64,000 nucleotides of DNA from the NCBI GenBank assembly GCA_043804895.1, contig JAZDIN010000025.1:32001-96000 (forward strand), read 5' to 3'. Under the pieces are notes generated by a model, which was not told where the DNA came from, made no database searches, and saw only the letters and a list, made by a program, of their open reading frames with translations. Positions 49,319 through 58,778 of this stretch are shown one piece after another (position 1 is the first letter of the stretch; each line of letters begins with the position of its first letter). The stretch is from Candidatus Altiarchaeota archaeon (GTDB lineage: Archaea > Altiarchaeota > Altiarchaeia > IMC4 > SCGC-AAA252-I15). Both the position numbers and the translations under genes were made by a program.

Positions 49319-50038
49319 TCATCTTAACCTTAGGATTTTGGCAACCCTTGAAAGGAACCCTAAGGCGAGGACTCTCGAATATCCTGGGCCTATGTTCATG
49401 TAGTTGAGCTTTGACTTTCCCTGCCTGCGGTCGACGTAGCTGATGGGTATCTCGCCTATTCTATAACCTTCTATCGTGGCTTTCACCACAAGTTCGGAGT
49501 GTATCTCAGGCCCCGTTGACTTCAGATTCAGGGATTCGAACGTTTTTTTGTGGAATCCCCTGTAGCCGCTTGTTATGTCAGCCACTTTGACACTGATGAG
49601 CGCTCTGGAGACTATGTTGTAGGTGCCTGATATAACATTCCTTGTGGTCCCCCTCTTGAGGTTACCCCCGCTCATGAACCTTGAACCAACTACCACATCA
49701 TGCTCCTTCAAACTATTAACGAAGTTTGCTATCTCCTTTGGGTCATGGCTTAGGTCAGCATCCATGAAAACCACCAATTCGTTTGATGCAACGCCGACAC
49801 CCTCCCTGAGTGCATTGCCGAGGCCATTTCTGACCTCTCTAGCAAGCACTTTAACATTCCCGTATACGGAGTTCATCTTCCGCGCCAGTTCTGGTGTCCC
49901 ATCAGTTGATAAGTCGTCCACGACAATAACCTCACCATGTAAGCCTGCAGCATCGAAAATCCTCTCTACCCTTGGTATCAGCTCTTTTATGTTTTCAGCC
50001 TCGTTTATGGTCGGTATAACAACTGAAACTGAGTCCAT
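49319..50038 (-). CDS. Polyprenol-phosphate glycosyltransferase (GT2, DPM1-like)
   Basis: VDDLSTDGT, MDADLSH and GSRF. Confidence 0.9.
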   Translation of the reverse strand: MDSVSVVIPTINEAENIKELIPRVERIFDAAGLHGEVIVVDDLSTDGTPELARKMNSVYGNVKVLAREVRNGLGNALREGVGVASNELVVFMDADLSHDPKEIANFVNSLKEHDVVVGSRFMSGGNLKRGTTRNVISGTYNIVSRALISVKVADITSGYRGFHKKTFESLNLKSTGPEIHSELVVKATIEGYRIGEIPISYVDRRQGKSKLNYMNIGPGYSRVLALGFLSRVAKILRLR

Positions 50039-50042
50039 ATGT

Positions 50043-50933
50043 TCAACCGCCAGCCTCCTTTATCCTCCCTAACCCCTCTGCCATACTGGTTTTTGGTTTC
50101 CAACCTAATGCGCAGAGTTTTGTGTTGTCTGAGCGTATATCCTTACTCTCCTTCCTCAACTTAGCTGAATCCAGATTAACCTCTGGTCTGCGTCCGTATA
50201 ATCCAGCCGCTGTCTTAACAACGTCGCCTAATTGCATGCTTTTTCCGCCGCCGACGTTGAAGATGTTTAATCCCCTGACTCGTTTTTCTATGAGTATCAT
50301 GTATGCGTCCACTAGGTCGTCTACGTATAGAAAGTCCCTCTTAACTGTGATGTTTCCCAACTTGAGTTTATTGCCTTCTGAAAGCTGATTTAAAAGTGTG
50401 GGTATGAAAAAGTCGCCCGCCTGTCCTGGCCCGTAGATATTAAACTGTCGAAGTATTATGAAAAATCCTCCCCGTTCCTCGTGGAATACTCTTATTAGGT
50501 CTTCAGCAGCCTTTTTAGACCTACCGTAGCTGTTCGTCGGATTTGTTGGGTGTTTTTCGTCAACAGGCAGATACTTCGGTTCACCATAAACCTTCGAGGA
50601 TGATGCGAAGATGTAATTCGCATTCTCGCACTTGGTATGGAACTTAAGCGTATTGTATGTTCCAATGACGTTTATATCGTACGTCTTAAGCAAATCTTCC
50701 TCTGCTTCGGGTATAAATGAAATTCCTGCAAGATGCACGACACAGTCTATGTCCAAGGGCAGGCTCCTGAAACTCCGGAAGTCCGATACATCAACACTGT
50801 GGTGTTCCACACCTGCCAATCCGGCACGCTTGATGTCGGCGCCGACAACTGCATACCCGCCCTCGACAAGGCGTTTGCACAGGTTGGCTCCTATGAATCC
50901 AGAGTAGCCGGTGACCAGAATGTTACCAGTCAA
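50043..50933 (-). CDS. NAD(P)-dependent SDR, GDP-4-keto-6-deoxy-sugar reductase (Rmd)-like
   Basis: VTGYSGFIG, YGRSK and RQFNIYGPGQ. Probable TTG start at 50933 overlapping the upstream gene. Confidence 0.75.
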   Translation of the reverse strand: MTGNILVTGYSGFIGANLCKRLVEGGYAVVGADIKRAGLAGVEHHSVDVSDFRSFRSLPLDIDCVVHLAGISFIPEAEEDLLKTYDINVIGTYNTLKFHTKCENANYIFASSSKVYGEPKYLPVDEKHPTNPTNSYGRSKKAAEDLIRVFHEERGGFFIILRQFNIYGPGQAGDFFIPTLLNQLSEGNKLKLGNITVKRDFLYVDDLVDAYMILIEKRVRGLNIFNVGGGKSMQLGDVVKTAAGLYGRRPEVNLDSAKLRKESKDIRSDNTKLCALGWKPKTSMAEGLGRIKEAGG

Positions 50934-51993
50934 TCCTACCCCACCATTTATCCTTGTTTTCTGCGTAGTATTTGATGGTCTCCTTAACACTTTCCCTTCT
51001 GTCATGCCGGGGTATCCATCCTGTCTCTCTCCTCATCTTCGTATAATCCACTCCAAGCCTCATCAAGTCGGTCTTACCTGGTCTGTACCTCACTTTATCC
51101 TCCCTCACCTTGACAGTACCCCAATACCCTTCCTCCTGTCCACATTCTATTATGAATTTGGCCCAGTCGCCAATGCTAATGTCCTTGCCGTAGCCGTAGG
51201 AGTATGTCTGCCCTGGCTTCCCTTTGAGTGTCGCGTAGATGTGTCCTCTCACGCCATCTAGGACGTAGGTGAAGTCTCTCGTAGGCTTAAGTGCCCCCAA
51301 TAGCACCTCCTTCTTGTTCAGGGCCTGCGTTATAATTGTCCCTGTCACATACCTGGGACTCTGCCTTGGGCCGTAGTTGTTGAACATACGGGTTATAACC
51401 GTCGGCACGCCATAGGCGTTGTAGAAGTTCTTGCATAGGAAGTCTCCCGCGACTTTAGAGACTGCATAAGGGCTTTCGGGATTGATAGGGCTTCTCTCGT
51501 TGAATATGATTATGCCATCCTTGTTGAACGTGTACAGGTCTTTCATCTCCTCTACCATGTTGCCGAATTCTTCGCTCGTGCCTGCAAAGTCCATTTTCAA
51601 CAGGTCAAGGTCCTCATCGACTACCGATTGTAGGATGTTTAGCGTCCCGATGGTGTTCGCTTGGAATGTCTCATAAGGGCGCTGCCAGCTTTCCCCTACG
51701 TGTGCCTGCGCCCCAAGGTGGAAGATTATCGGCTTGTCTTTTGCCTCAGCCTTGAGCCTCCTGATAGTCAACCTCACTGACAAGGGGTCGGCTAGGTCTC
51801 CTCTGTGCACCTTGACTTTCCTCAGGAGATGCCCGATGTTCTTCATCTCCCCGCTTGATGTCGCCCTAATGAACACATGAACGTCGCTTCCGTATTCAAC
51901 AAGCTTCTCTGTCAGGTGGCTTCCCATGAAGCCGTCAGCTCCCGTCACAAGGATCGTCCTATCCCTCAACTCCCCCACAAGCCTGTCTTCCAT
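50923..51993 (-). CDS. GDP-mannose 4,6-dehydratase-like SDR
   Basis: TGADGFMG, HLGAQAHVGESW, TSEEFG and SPYAVSK. Confidence 0.82.
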   Translation of the reverse strand: MEDRLVGELRDRTILVTGADGFMGSHLTEKLVEYGSDVHVFIRATSSGEMKNIGHLLRKVKVHRGDLADPLSVRLTIRRLKAEAKDKPIIFHLGAQAHVGESWQRPYETFQANTIGTLNILQSVVDEDLDLLKMDFAGTSEEFGNMVEEMKDLYTFNKDGIIIFNERSPINPESPYAVSKVAGDFLCKNFYNAYGVPTVITRMFNNYGPRQSPRYVTGTIITQALNKKEVLLGALKPTRDFTYVLDGVRGHIYATLKGKPGQTYSYGYGKDISIGDWAKFIIECGQEEGYWGTVKVREDKVRYRPGKTDLMRLGVDYTKMRRETGWIPRHDRRESVKETIKYYAENKDKWWGRIDW

Positions 51994-52147
51994 AACCAAG
52001 ATATTATTTTCCCCCGTTAAAATATAGCGGATAGGGAATACTTTGGAATTTCGGTTTTCCCTATCCAATATATCTAATAATCCTGGGGTTTGGTGAATTC
52101 TATTCTATGAAAGTTTAATTCTCAGGATTATTCGCTATAGCCAAAGT

Positions 52148-52495
52148 TCACTGGCCAAATCCTATGAGGGTGACACCCAGGATGATGAACGCTATCCCTG
52201 CCCACTTTAATGTAGTCATCCTCTCCCCAAGGTATTTTTGTGAGAGTACGCACACCCAGATGTAGCCTGTTGAGACAAGCGGGAAGAGCACCGAAAGTTC
52301 ACCGCCTTTTATGCCGATGACGTAGAAAACCGTGGATGACCCGTATATCAGCACTCCCTTCATCAGGTCGAAGTTCGTCAATATGGACTTGATGTTGGGT
52401 TTCAGCTTTCCTGCTCCTTTCTTGAAGTAGAGCGAGCCAAACGAGCCAACGAATGCTGCAAGCAAGACCATAGCTGCAGCCCACGCCTCTGTCAT
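52148..52495 (-). CDS. Small 4-TM DMT/SMR transporter (ArnE/ArnF-like)
   Basis: Four TMs; GELSVLFP; LGE. Confidence 0.8.
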   Translation of the reverse strand: MTEAWAAAMVLLAAFVGSFGSLYFKKGAGKLKPNIKSILTNFDLMKGVLIYGSSTVFYVIGIKGGELSVLFPLVSTGYIWVCVLSQKYLGERMTTLKWAGIAFIILGVTLIGFGQ

Positions 52496-52860
52496 TTACC
52501 CCCCTCCGTGCTGCCGTAACCTATCAGGATGACTCCAACGACTATCGAGAATATCCCCGCCCATTTCAGGGGGTTCATGCTGTCTGTTGCGAAGAACATC
52601 GGTGACATGATTGCTACCCAGATGAAGTTCATAGCATATATCGGGTAAAGCACAGACAGCTCACCGTACTTTAATGAGACTACAAGTATCGCGGCGCTGA
52701 GGCCGTAGAGACAGTAACCGATTATTAGTGGTATGTTCGTTGCTACTGACATTATGTCAAGTACTGTGCTGTTTACTCCGGTCTTGATGAGTATCTGACC
52801 TGACGCTGCGAACAATGTGGATAGGAACACCAGCCCCATAGCCCATCGTCTAGTCTTCAT
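52492..52860 (-). CDS. Small 4-TM DMT/SMR transporter (ArnE/ArnF-like)
   Basis: GQILIK and GELSVLYP; paralogous to and overlapping its neighbour. Confidence 0.8.
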   Translation of the reverse strand: MKTRRWAMGLVFLSTLFAASGQILIKTGVNSTVLDIMSVATNIPLIIGYCLYGLSAAILVVSLKYGELSVLYPIYAMNFIWVAIMSPMFFATDSMNPLKWAGIFSIVVGVILIGYGSTEGGK

Positions 52861-53537
52861 CCCAAACCCAGCCTATATCTGTACAACCTATACAGGTGTC
52901 TGAGGTAGTTTATGTACTCCCCTAAGTTCAGTTTGCTTTCGCCAACCCTGCGGTCGCGGAAAATGTAAGGCACCTCAACGACTCTCCCATACTTCCCCTT
53001 TACCAATATCTCAAGCCCAATCTTGAAGCCGACTGCATCCAACTTTACACCCTCAATAACCTCCCTTCTGAGGAAGAAATATCCTGACATGCAGTCTCTC
53101 ACACCAGTTAGAGGTCTTGCAAGCATTTTCGCCCCCCTTGAGGTGAGTCGCCTCATAATAGGCCAGTTCTCGACTCCTCCTCCTTCAATGTATCGGCTTG
53201 CGAACACCATCCCCGCATCCCCATTCAGGATTGGCTGTATAAGTTTCGGAATAAGTCTCGGGGGGTGGCTGAAGTCAGCGTCCATGACACCGATTATCTC
53301 ACCTGATGATGCATTGAGCCCGTCAAGTATAGCCGAAGACAATCCCAGCTTACCTTTCCTGTGGATGACCTTAATCCCGTATGTGACAGCTAGCTGGTCC
53401 GCCAACTCCCCCGTCCCATCCGGGCTTCCATCATCTACCACGACGACTTCGACATCTGCATTCGAGAGTATGTCCTCTACAAGCCCCTTAAGGTTCTTCA
53501 CTTCATTGTATGTTGGCACGACGACTGAAGCACGCAT
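52857..53537 (-). CDS. Polyprenol monophosphomannose synthase (DPM1-like GT2)
   Basis: [24 protein letters not shown] and GFKIGLE. Confidence 0.92.
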   Translation of the reverse strand: MRASVVVPTYNEVKNLKGLVEDILSNADVEVVVVDDGSPDGTGELADQLAVTYGIKVIHRKGKLGLSSAILDGLNASSGEIIGVMDADFSHPPRLIPKLIQPILNGDAGMVFASRYIEGGGVENWPIMRRLTSRGAKMLARPLTGVRDCMSGYFFLRREVIEGVKLDAVGFKIGLEILVKGKYGRVVEVPYIFRDRRVGESKLNLGEYINYLRHLYRLYRYRLGLG

Positions 53538-53593
53538 TTTTATGGTTAATGCATATAATTAGTGGAATATATTCGGTTTTGAGGTGGTTTCAG

Positions 53594-54250
53594 GTGAAAT
53601 TCTTCATAGACACAGCCAATGTGGATGAGATAAGGACTGCCAAGTCCTGGGGCATACTAGACGGGGTCACAACCAATCCGACGCTACTTGCTAAGGAGGA
53701 ATGCGACTTCAAGACAGCAGCAAAGGAGATACTATCCCTCGTCGAAGGCCCAGTAAGCCTTGAGGCGGTAAGCGCAGACGCTGAGGGGATGGTGAAGGAG
53801 GCCAGGGAACTCTCCAAGCTCGGCAAAAACGTCGTGGTTAAGATACCCATGACCCCCGAGGGGATTAAGGCAGTGCAGAAACTAAGTTCAGAGGGAGTGA
53901 AGACGAATGTCACGCTCCTCTTCAGCGCCAACCAAGCCCTCATAGCTGCGAAAGCAGGGGCAACCTACGTAAGCCCGTTCATAGGCCGCCTTGACGACCA
54001 AGGATGGGATGGTGTTCAACTCATAGCCGACATTCTTGAAATATACTCAAACTTTGGGTTCAAGACCGAGGTCATAGCTGCGAGCATCAGGGACCCGGTT
54101 CATGTGGCAGACTGCGCGAGGCTCGGCTGCCATGTCGCGACAGTGCCCTTCGGAGTCCTAAAGAAGATGTTCACACACTCTCTCACTGACGTCGGAGTAC
54201 AGAAGTTCCTTGAGGACTGGAAGAAGGTCGAAGGCAGGTGCAAAAAATAG
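53594..54250 (+). CDS. Transaldolase / fructose-6-phosphate aldolase family
   Basis: FFIDTAN, GVTTNPT, VVKIP and [11 protein letters not shown] start after GAGGTGG. Confidence 0.92.
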   Translation: MKFFIDTANVDEIRTAKSWGILDGVTTNPTLLAKEECDFKTAAKEILSLVEGPVSLEAVSADAEGMVKEARELSKLGKNVVVKIPMTPEGIKAVQKLSSEGVKTNVTLLFSANQALIAAKAGATYVSPFIGRLDDQGWDGVQLIADILEIYSNFGFKTEVIAASIRDPVHVADCARLGCHVATVPFGVLKKMFTHSLTDVGVQKFLEDWKKVEGRCKK

Positions 54251-54251
54251 G

Positions 54252-54809
54252 ATGGACAGAATATCAAAGGAGATTGAGGAAAGCGTTGTAGTGAAGAGAA
54301 CGCTCAAAGTAAAGGACATCGAGGAAGCAACCAAGCTGATAGTGGACGCACTCAAATCAAAGCGCAAGATTCTCCTTTGCGGAAACGGTGGAAGCGCCGC
54401 TGACTGCCAGCACATCGCAGGCGAATTCGTAGGCAGGTTCAAGAAGGAGCGGCAGGCCCTGCCTGCAATAGCGCTCTCGACTGACACGTCAATCCTCACC
54501 GCCCTCACCAACGACTACGGCGGAGACATAATATTCTCACGGCAGGTCGAGGCCCTCGGGAATGAGGGGGATGTGTTGGTTGCGATATCAACCAGTGGAA
54601 CCTCCTCCAACATACTCAAAGCAGTCGAGGCAGGAAGGAAGAAGGGGATGAAGGTCGTCGGATTCACAGGAGCCAAAGGCCAGAAACTGAAAAGCCTCTC
54701 AGACGCCTGTATCATGGTCGGCTCAGACGACACCCCACGGATACAGGAAGCCCACATCACCGCAGCACACATAATATGCGGACTGGTCGAGGAAAAAGTT
54801 GGTAACTAA
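54252..54809 (+). CDS. gmhA: Sedoheptulose-7-phosphate isomerase
   Basis: CGNGGSAADCQH, NDYG, ISTSG and RIQEAH. Confidence 0.93.
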   Translation: MDRISKEIEESVVVKRTLKVKDIEEATKLIVDALKSKRKILLCGNGGSAADCQHIAGEFVGRFKKERQALPAIALSTDTSILTALTNDYGGDIIFSRQVEALGNEGDVLVAISTSGTSSNILKAVEAGRKKGMKVVGFTGAKGQKLKSLSDACIMVGSDDTPRIQEAHITAAHIICGLVEEKVGN

Positions 54810-54894
54810 AAAGTAGAGAATTATGCGTCTTTCTCGAGAAACTTAAAAAATTAAGGCAGGGCCATATTTCTTTATAAAGTCCCATATTCTACCA

Positions 54895-56286
54895 ATGGCT
54901 TCAGATTACAGGCAGCAGATGCCGACACCGCTTTCTGAGATTAGGACGACCAAGGACGTAAGGATACCAAAAGACATACTGAATCAGGTCATCGGCCAGC
55001 CTAAGGCTGTGAAGAAGGTGAGACTTGCGATAATGCAAAGACGCCACCTTCTCCTCGTCGGTCCGCCGGGGGTGGGGAAGAGTATGCTCGCCCAAGGTCT
55101 TGCAGTGCACCTTCCCAAGTCGACTGAGCAAATCAATGTAGTGCATAATCCTCAGAACATGAACAAACCCTACGTCGAGGTCGTGAAAAACAAGAGCGAC
55201 GAGAAGATAGTCGACCCCACCGAGATACCGGCGTACGTCGCAGAACAGCTCGGATTCAAGTGCCCGGTGTGCGGCGCGTTCGGGAAGTACAACGTGAACA
55301 TATGCGGCAAATGCGGGGAGGACAAGTTCAAGCGAATAACAAGGAAGGACGAGATAAGGGCCTCCTGCTACGGGGCAGACGGCATCGAGCACTCGATACT
55401 CTACGAGAGGAAGGGTTTAATGGTCGCCATAACCGGGCAGGACCCCGATGCTGCTGTCAAAGACAAAGACAAGGTCAAAAGGCACACGATAGTACCCCTG
55501 GTCAGGAAGAATTTCGTGCACGCGACGGGCGCGAGCGAAGTAGAGCTTTTGGGCGACGTCAGGCACGACCCATACGGCATGCACCCTGAGATAGGGACTC
55601 CGGCGTACATTCGAGTCGTACCAGGGGCAATACACGAGGCCCATGAGGGTGTGCTGTTCATAGACGAACTCCCGCACCTCGGGGAGATACAGAACTACAT
55701 ATTGACTGCTATGCAGGAGCGGAAGTTCCCGATAACAGGACGGAATCCGCAATCCGGGGGGGCGTCGATCAAAGTCGATGACGTGCCTTGCGACTTCGTC
55801 TTCGTCGCGGCGTGCAACATAAAGGACGTACAGAACATACTGCCGCCTCTGCGCTCAAGGATACTCGGCAACGGCTATGAGATACTGCTTGAGACCTCCA
55901 TGGACGACAACGAAGTCAATCAATCCTACCTGGCGCAGTTCATGGCGCAGGAGATTGTGAAAGACGGGAAGATACCGCATGCGACAAGGGAGTCCGTGGA
56001 GGCTGTGATAGAGGAGGCTAGGAAGAGGGCGAGGATAATAGACGACAAACGCAACTCCCTGACCTTGCGCCTCAGGGACCTGGGCGGCGTGATACGGCTT
56101 GCCGGAGACCTCGCGCATGATGAGGGTTCGAAGCTGATCGAGCTCAAACACATAGTCTCGGCAATCGAAGAGTCGAAGCCCATAGAATACCAGCTGCAGG
56201 AGAGGTACGGCAGCGTCTGGAAGGGCATAGAGAAAGACCAGGTAATAAATCCAGAGTACGGCAAGATAGGGTCAAGCTACCAATAG
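54895..56286 (+). CDS. LonB-like AAA+ ATPase lacking the protease domain
   Basis: QVIGQ, GPPGVGKS, LLGDVRHDPY, GAIHEAHEGVLFIDE and LRLRDLGG. Ends at 463 aa. Confidence 0.82.
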   Translation: MASDYRQQMPTPLSEIRTTKDVRIPKDILNQVIGQPKAVKKVRLAIMQRRHLLLVGPPGVGKSMLAQGLAVHLPKSTEQINVVHNPQNMNKPYVEVVKNKSDEKIVDPTEIPAYVAEQLGFKCPVCGAFGKYNVNICGKCGEDKFKRITRKDEIRASCYGADGIEHSILYERKGLMVAITGQDPDAAVKDKDKVKRHTIVPLVRKNFVHATGASEVELLGDVRHDPYGMHPEIGTPAYIRVVPGAIHEAHEGVLFIDELPHLGEIQNYILTAMQERKFPITGRNPQSGGASIKVDDVPCDFVFVAACNIKDVQNILPPLRSRILGNGYEILLETSMDDNEVNQSYLAQFMAQEIVKDGKIPHATRESVEAVIEEARKRARIIDDKRNSLTLRLRDLGGVIRLAGDLAHDEGSKLIELKHIVSAIEESKPIEYQLQERYGSVWKGIEKDQVINPEYGKIGSSYQ

Positions 56287-56288
56287 AG

Positions 56289-56780
56289 ATGATACATTAC
56301 ACAGACGTCGAAAAGACCTACAGGCAGGAGAGGACAAGTCCGTTACTCCAGAGGATACCGCGCGACTTCTACGCCGAGGCGAGGAAACTCGCCCAAAGCC
56401 CAGAGGTCGGCGCCTACAGGGAAACAGTGCTTGAGCACCTGAAGAAGACATACTACCTTCGCGCGAACAAGATAATACACTACGCAGGCCGTGCCGCGGA
56501 TGACACCAAACCCCCAGAGAACATACTACTAGAGGAACTACCCCTATATGAAAGGATATTGCAGGCTGTTAACGATAACAAAGCACTCATAGTCGACAAG
56601 CCCCCAGAGCCTGAAATAGAGAAGAAACCGACAATCCGCGTCAGGATGAAACACGCGCTCCCAGCCATAATCGGCTCAGACTCTAAGGAATACGGGCCCT
56701 TCAAGGAGGATGACGTCGTCGAACTACCGAAGGACAGCGCAAACCTACTCATAGAACGGGAAGTCGCTGAAAGCGCGTGA
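56289..56780 (+). CDS. DNA replication GINS subunit (Gins51-like)
   Basis: QER...LQRIPRDFY, R..KI and C-terminal IIGSDSKEYGPFKEDDVVELP..A.LL. Lies upstream of L44e-S27e as in the conserved archaeal cluster. Confidence 0.85.
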   Translation: MIHYTDVEKTYRQERTSPLLQRIPRDFYAEARKLAQSPEVGAYRETVLEHLKKTYYLRANKIIHYAGRAADDTKPPENILLEELPLYERILQAVNDNKALIVDKPPEPEIEKKPTIRVRMKHALPAIIGSDSKEYGPFKEDDVVELPKDSANLLIEREVAESA

Positions 56781-56820
56781 AAGCGCTTTTATAGGATGTC
56801 TGCATATTATATTGCTACCG

Positions 56821-57105
56821 ATGAAAATCCCGGACAAAATCAGGACCAACTGTCCCTCATGCAACAAGCACACCGTCCACGCCGTGAAGGTGAACCGAAA
56901 GGGCAAGGAGAGGAGCATGAACATGGGAAGGCGCAAATACAAGGCAGTGAAGGCCGGGTACGGTGGAAGTCCGAGAACCCCGAAGAAACCCTGCTTCAAG
57001 ATAGGTAAAAGGACTGTACTAATACTCGAATGCTCAGTGTGCAAGAAAAAGCACCAGAGGGCGTATGCCGCAAGAACCAAGAGGGCGGTGGAGGTCGGAG
57101 GATGA
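56821..57105 (+). CDS. rpl44e: 50S ribosomal protein L44e
   Basis: MKIP...CPSCNKHTVH...GYGG...LECSVCKK. Confidence 0.94.
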   Translation: MKIPDKIRTNCPSCNKHTVHAVKVNRKGKERSMNMGRRKYKAVKAGYGGSPRTPKKPCFKIGKRTVLILECSVCKKKHQRAYAARTKRAVEVGG

Positions 57106-57293
57106 TGGAAAATAAGACTAAAAGCAGGTTCCTTAAGGTGAAATGTAACGACTGCGGAAACGAACAGGTCATATTCGGCGCGGCAGCCTCAAGCATAAAA
57201 TGCCTTGTCTGCGAGAAGCCGATGGCCGAAAGCACTGGCGGGAAGACAAAAGTCAAGACGCAGATACTCTCCGTGGTTGACAAGGACCTTTAA
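57102..57293 (+). CDS. rps27e: 30S ribosomal protein S27e
   Basis: SRFLKVKCNDCGNEQVIF...CLVC...TGGK. Confidence 0.95.
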   Translation: MMENKTKSRFLKVKCNDCGNEQVIFGAAASSIKCLVCEKPMAESTGGKTKVKTQILSVVDKDL

Positions 57294-57298
57294 CTCTA

Positions 57299-57718
57299 AT
57301 GGCCTACGAATTCCTGGAGCACACGGCTGACCTGAAGATTAGGGCGACAGGCAAGACCCTTCCTGAAGCGTTAAGCGAGTCCGCCAAAGCCCTCTTCGAG
57401 GCGATAGCATCCAACAGCAAAATAGCCCCCACCCTCGAGAGGGAACTCACCATAAAAGTCAACAAACCAGAGATACTCGTCCACGACTTCCTCAGCCAGC
57501 TAATCTACCTGTTCTCGACAGAACACCTGCTCTTCAGCGAATTCAACCTAGACCTCAAGGAATCCATAGGATACAAGCTCACAGCCAAACTGAAAGGCGA
57601 AAAATACGACCCCAAAAAACACAAACTCGTGAAGGAAGTGAAGGCCGCAACATACCATGAGATGAAAGTTGAGGAAGGTAAAAATGGCTGGACGATAGAA
57701 GTCATATGCGATACCTAA
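57299..57718 (+). CDS. Archease
   Basis: YEFLEHTAD and VKAATYH. Confidence 0.94.
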   Translation: MAYEFLEHTADLKIRATGKTLPEALSESAKALFEAIASNSKIAPTLERELTIKVNKPEILVHDFLSQLIYLFSTEHLLFSEFNLDLKESIGYKLTAKLKGEKYDPKKHKLVKEVKAATYHEMKVEEGKNGWTIEVICDT

Positions 57719-57754
57719 TTCTATTTTTTAACGTCTGCGACCACTATCATTGTG

Positions 57755-58738
57755 ATGAACAGGCTCATCCTGACGCTGTTGGTGGTTGTTTTGTCCTTGA
57801 GTGCCTGCATATCTCAAAGTCCCACGTGCGTTGCACCATACATTTCTGTCGCCGGCTCATGCTGTCTTGACGAGAACGCTGACGGCATATGCGACCGGGA
57901 TAAGCCAGTATGCCGCAGGCCGTACTCTCTTGTTGGTTTGTCATGCTGTCTTGATGAGAACGCTGACGGCATCTGCGACTCAGACAGGCCTGTGACGACC
58001 ACATCCATAATGACGACTTCGACTGTGGCTGCAACGACGTCGACTACCAGGCCCACCTTCAGGACTACTTCGACTACCACCCTGCTTGATGTAGAGTGTA
58101 TGAGTTTCGAGGACTGCTCCTCATCTGATGGCGTACAATGCGACGACGACGGCCGCGTGGTTCTAATTCACTATACTCCAACGTCCTGTTCTGGCGGAAA
58201 ATGCATCTACAGGAGCAGCCGGGACATAGCCGCCATCCACTGCTACGACTGGGAGCAGTGCGTCAGCGGGGTCGGTTGTGTCAGGAAGACTGACGTGACC
58301 TCCACGTCGACGACCTTGGCGCCGGATATACTGGTGCAATCACAGTTCCAGAAAATCCTCGACAGGGTCATTGAACGGAAGTCTGAGATTGCAGCTTCGA
58401 TGGCCTCAACGACAACAACACTACAGCCGTGCGTCGACCCCGACGGCGGGAAGAAATACGACATAAGGAGCGTGAACGTCTCAGGCTACTTCGACTACAA
58501 CAAAACCCAAGTCCTAAGCGGAAGCGAATACTGTTGGGACAACCTCAAACTAGTGGAATTCTATTGCGAAAAAACAGCTGGCGTGGAAAGCCTGGAGTCA
58601 GTGGTATACGACTGCACAAGCCGTTGCATAGACGGCCGATGCTGCAGCAGCGAAGGCCGGACGTGTGAGAGCTGGAGGGACTGCTGCAGTGGCTTATGCC
58701 AGGCCGTGGGTATGGCAAATTACTGCATAGCGACTTGA
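57755..58738 (+). CDS. Cys-rich putative surface lipoprotein with Thr-rich linkers
   Basis: Signal peptide ending LSAC; duplicated CCLDENADGICD; three Thr/Ser tracts; many Cys. Confidence 0.7.
   Translation: MNRLILTLLVVVLSLSACISQSPTCVAPYISVAGSCCLDENADGICDRDKPVCRRPYSLVGLSCCLDENADGICDSDRPVTTTSIMTTSTVAATTSTTRPTFRTTSTTTLLDVECMSFEDCSSSDGVQCDDDGRVVLIHYTPTSCSGGKCIYRSSRDIAAIHCYDWEQCVSGVGCVRKTDVTSTSTTLAPDILVQSQFQKILDRVIERKSEIAASMASTTTTLQPCVDPDGGKKYDIRSVNVSGYFDYNKTQVLSGSEYCWDNLKLVEFYCEKTAGVESLESVVYDCTSRCIDGRCCSSEGRTCESWRDCCSGLCQAVGMANYCIAT
57857..57979 (+). repeat. Intragenic direct repeat (2 x 39 nt, 84-nt period)
   Basis: TCATGCTGTCTTGA(C/T)GAGAACGCTGACGGCAT(A/C)TGCGAC at 57857 and 57941. Confidence 0.9.
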
Positions 58739-58778
58739 TAGGTACATTTAACCGAATACTGTTCAATATTATTCTGCT

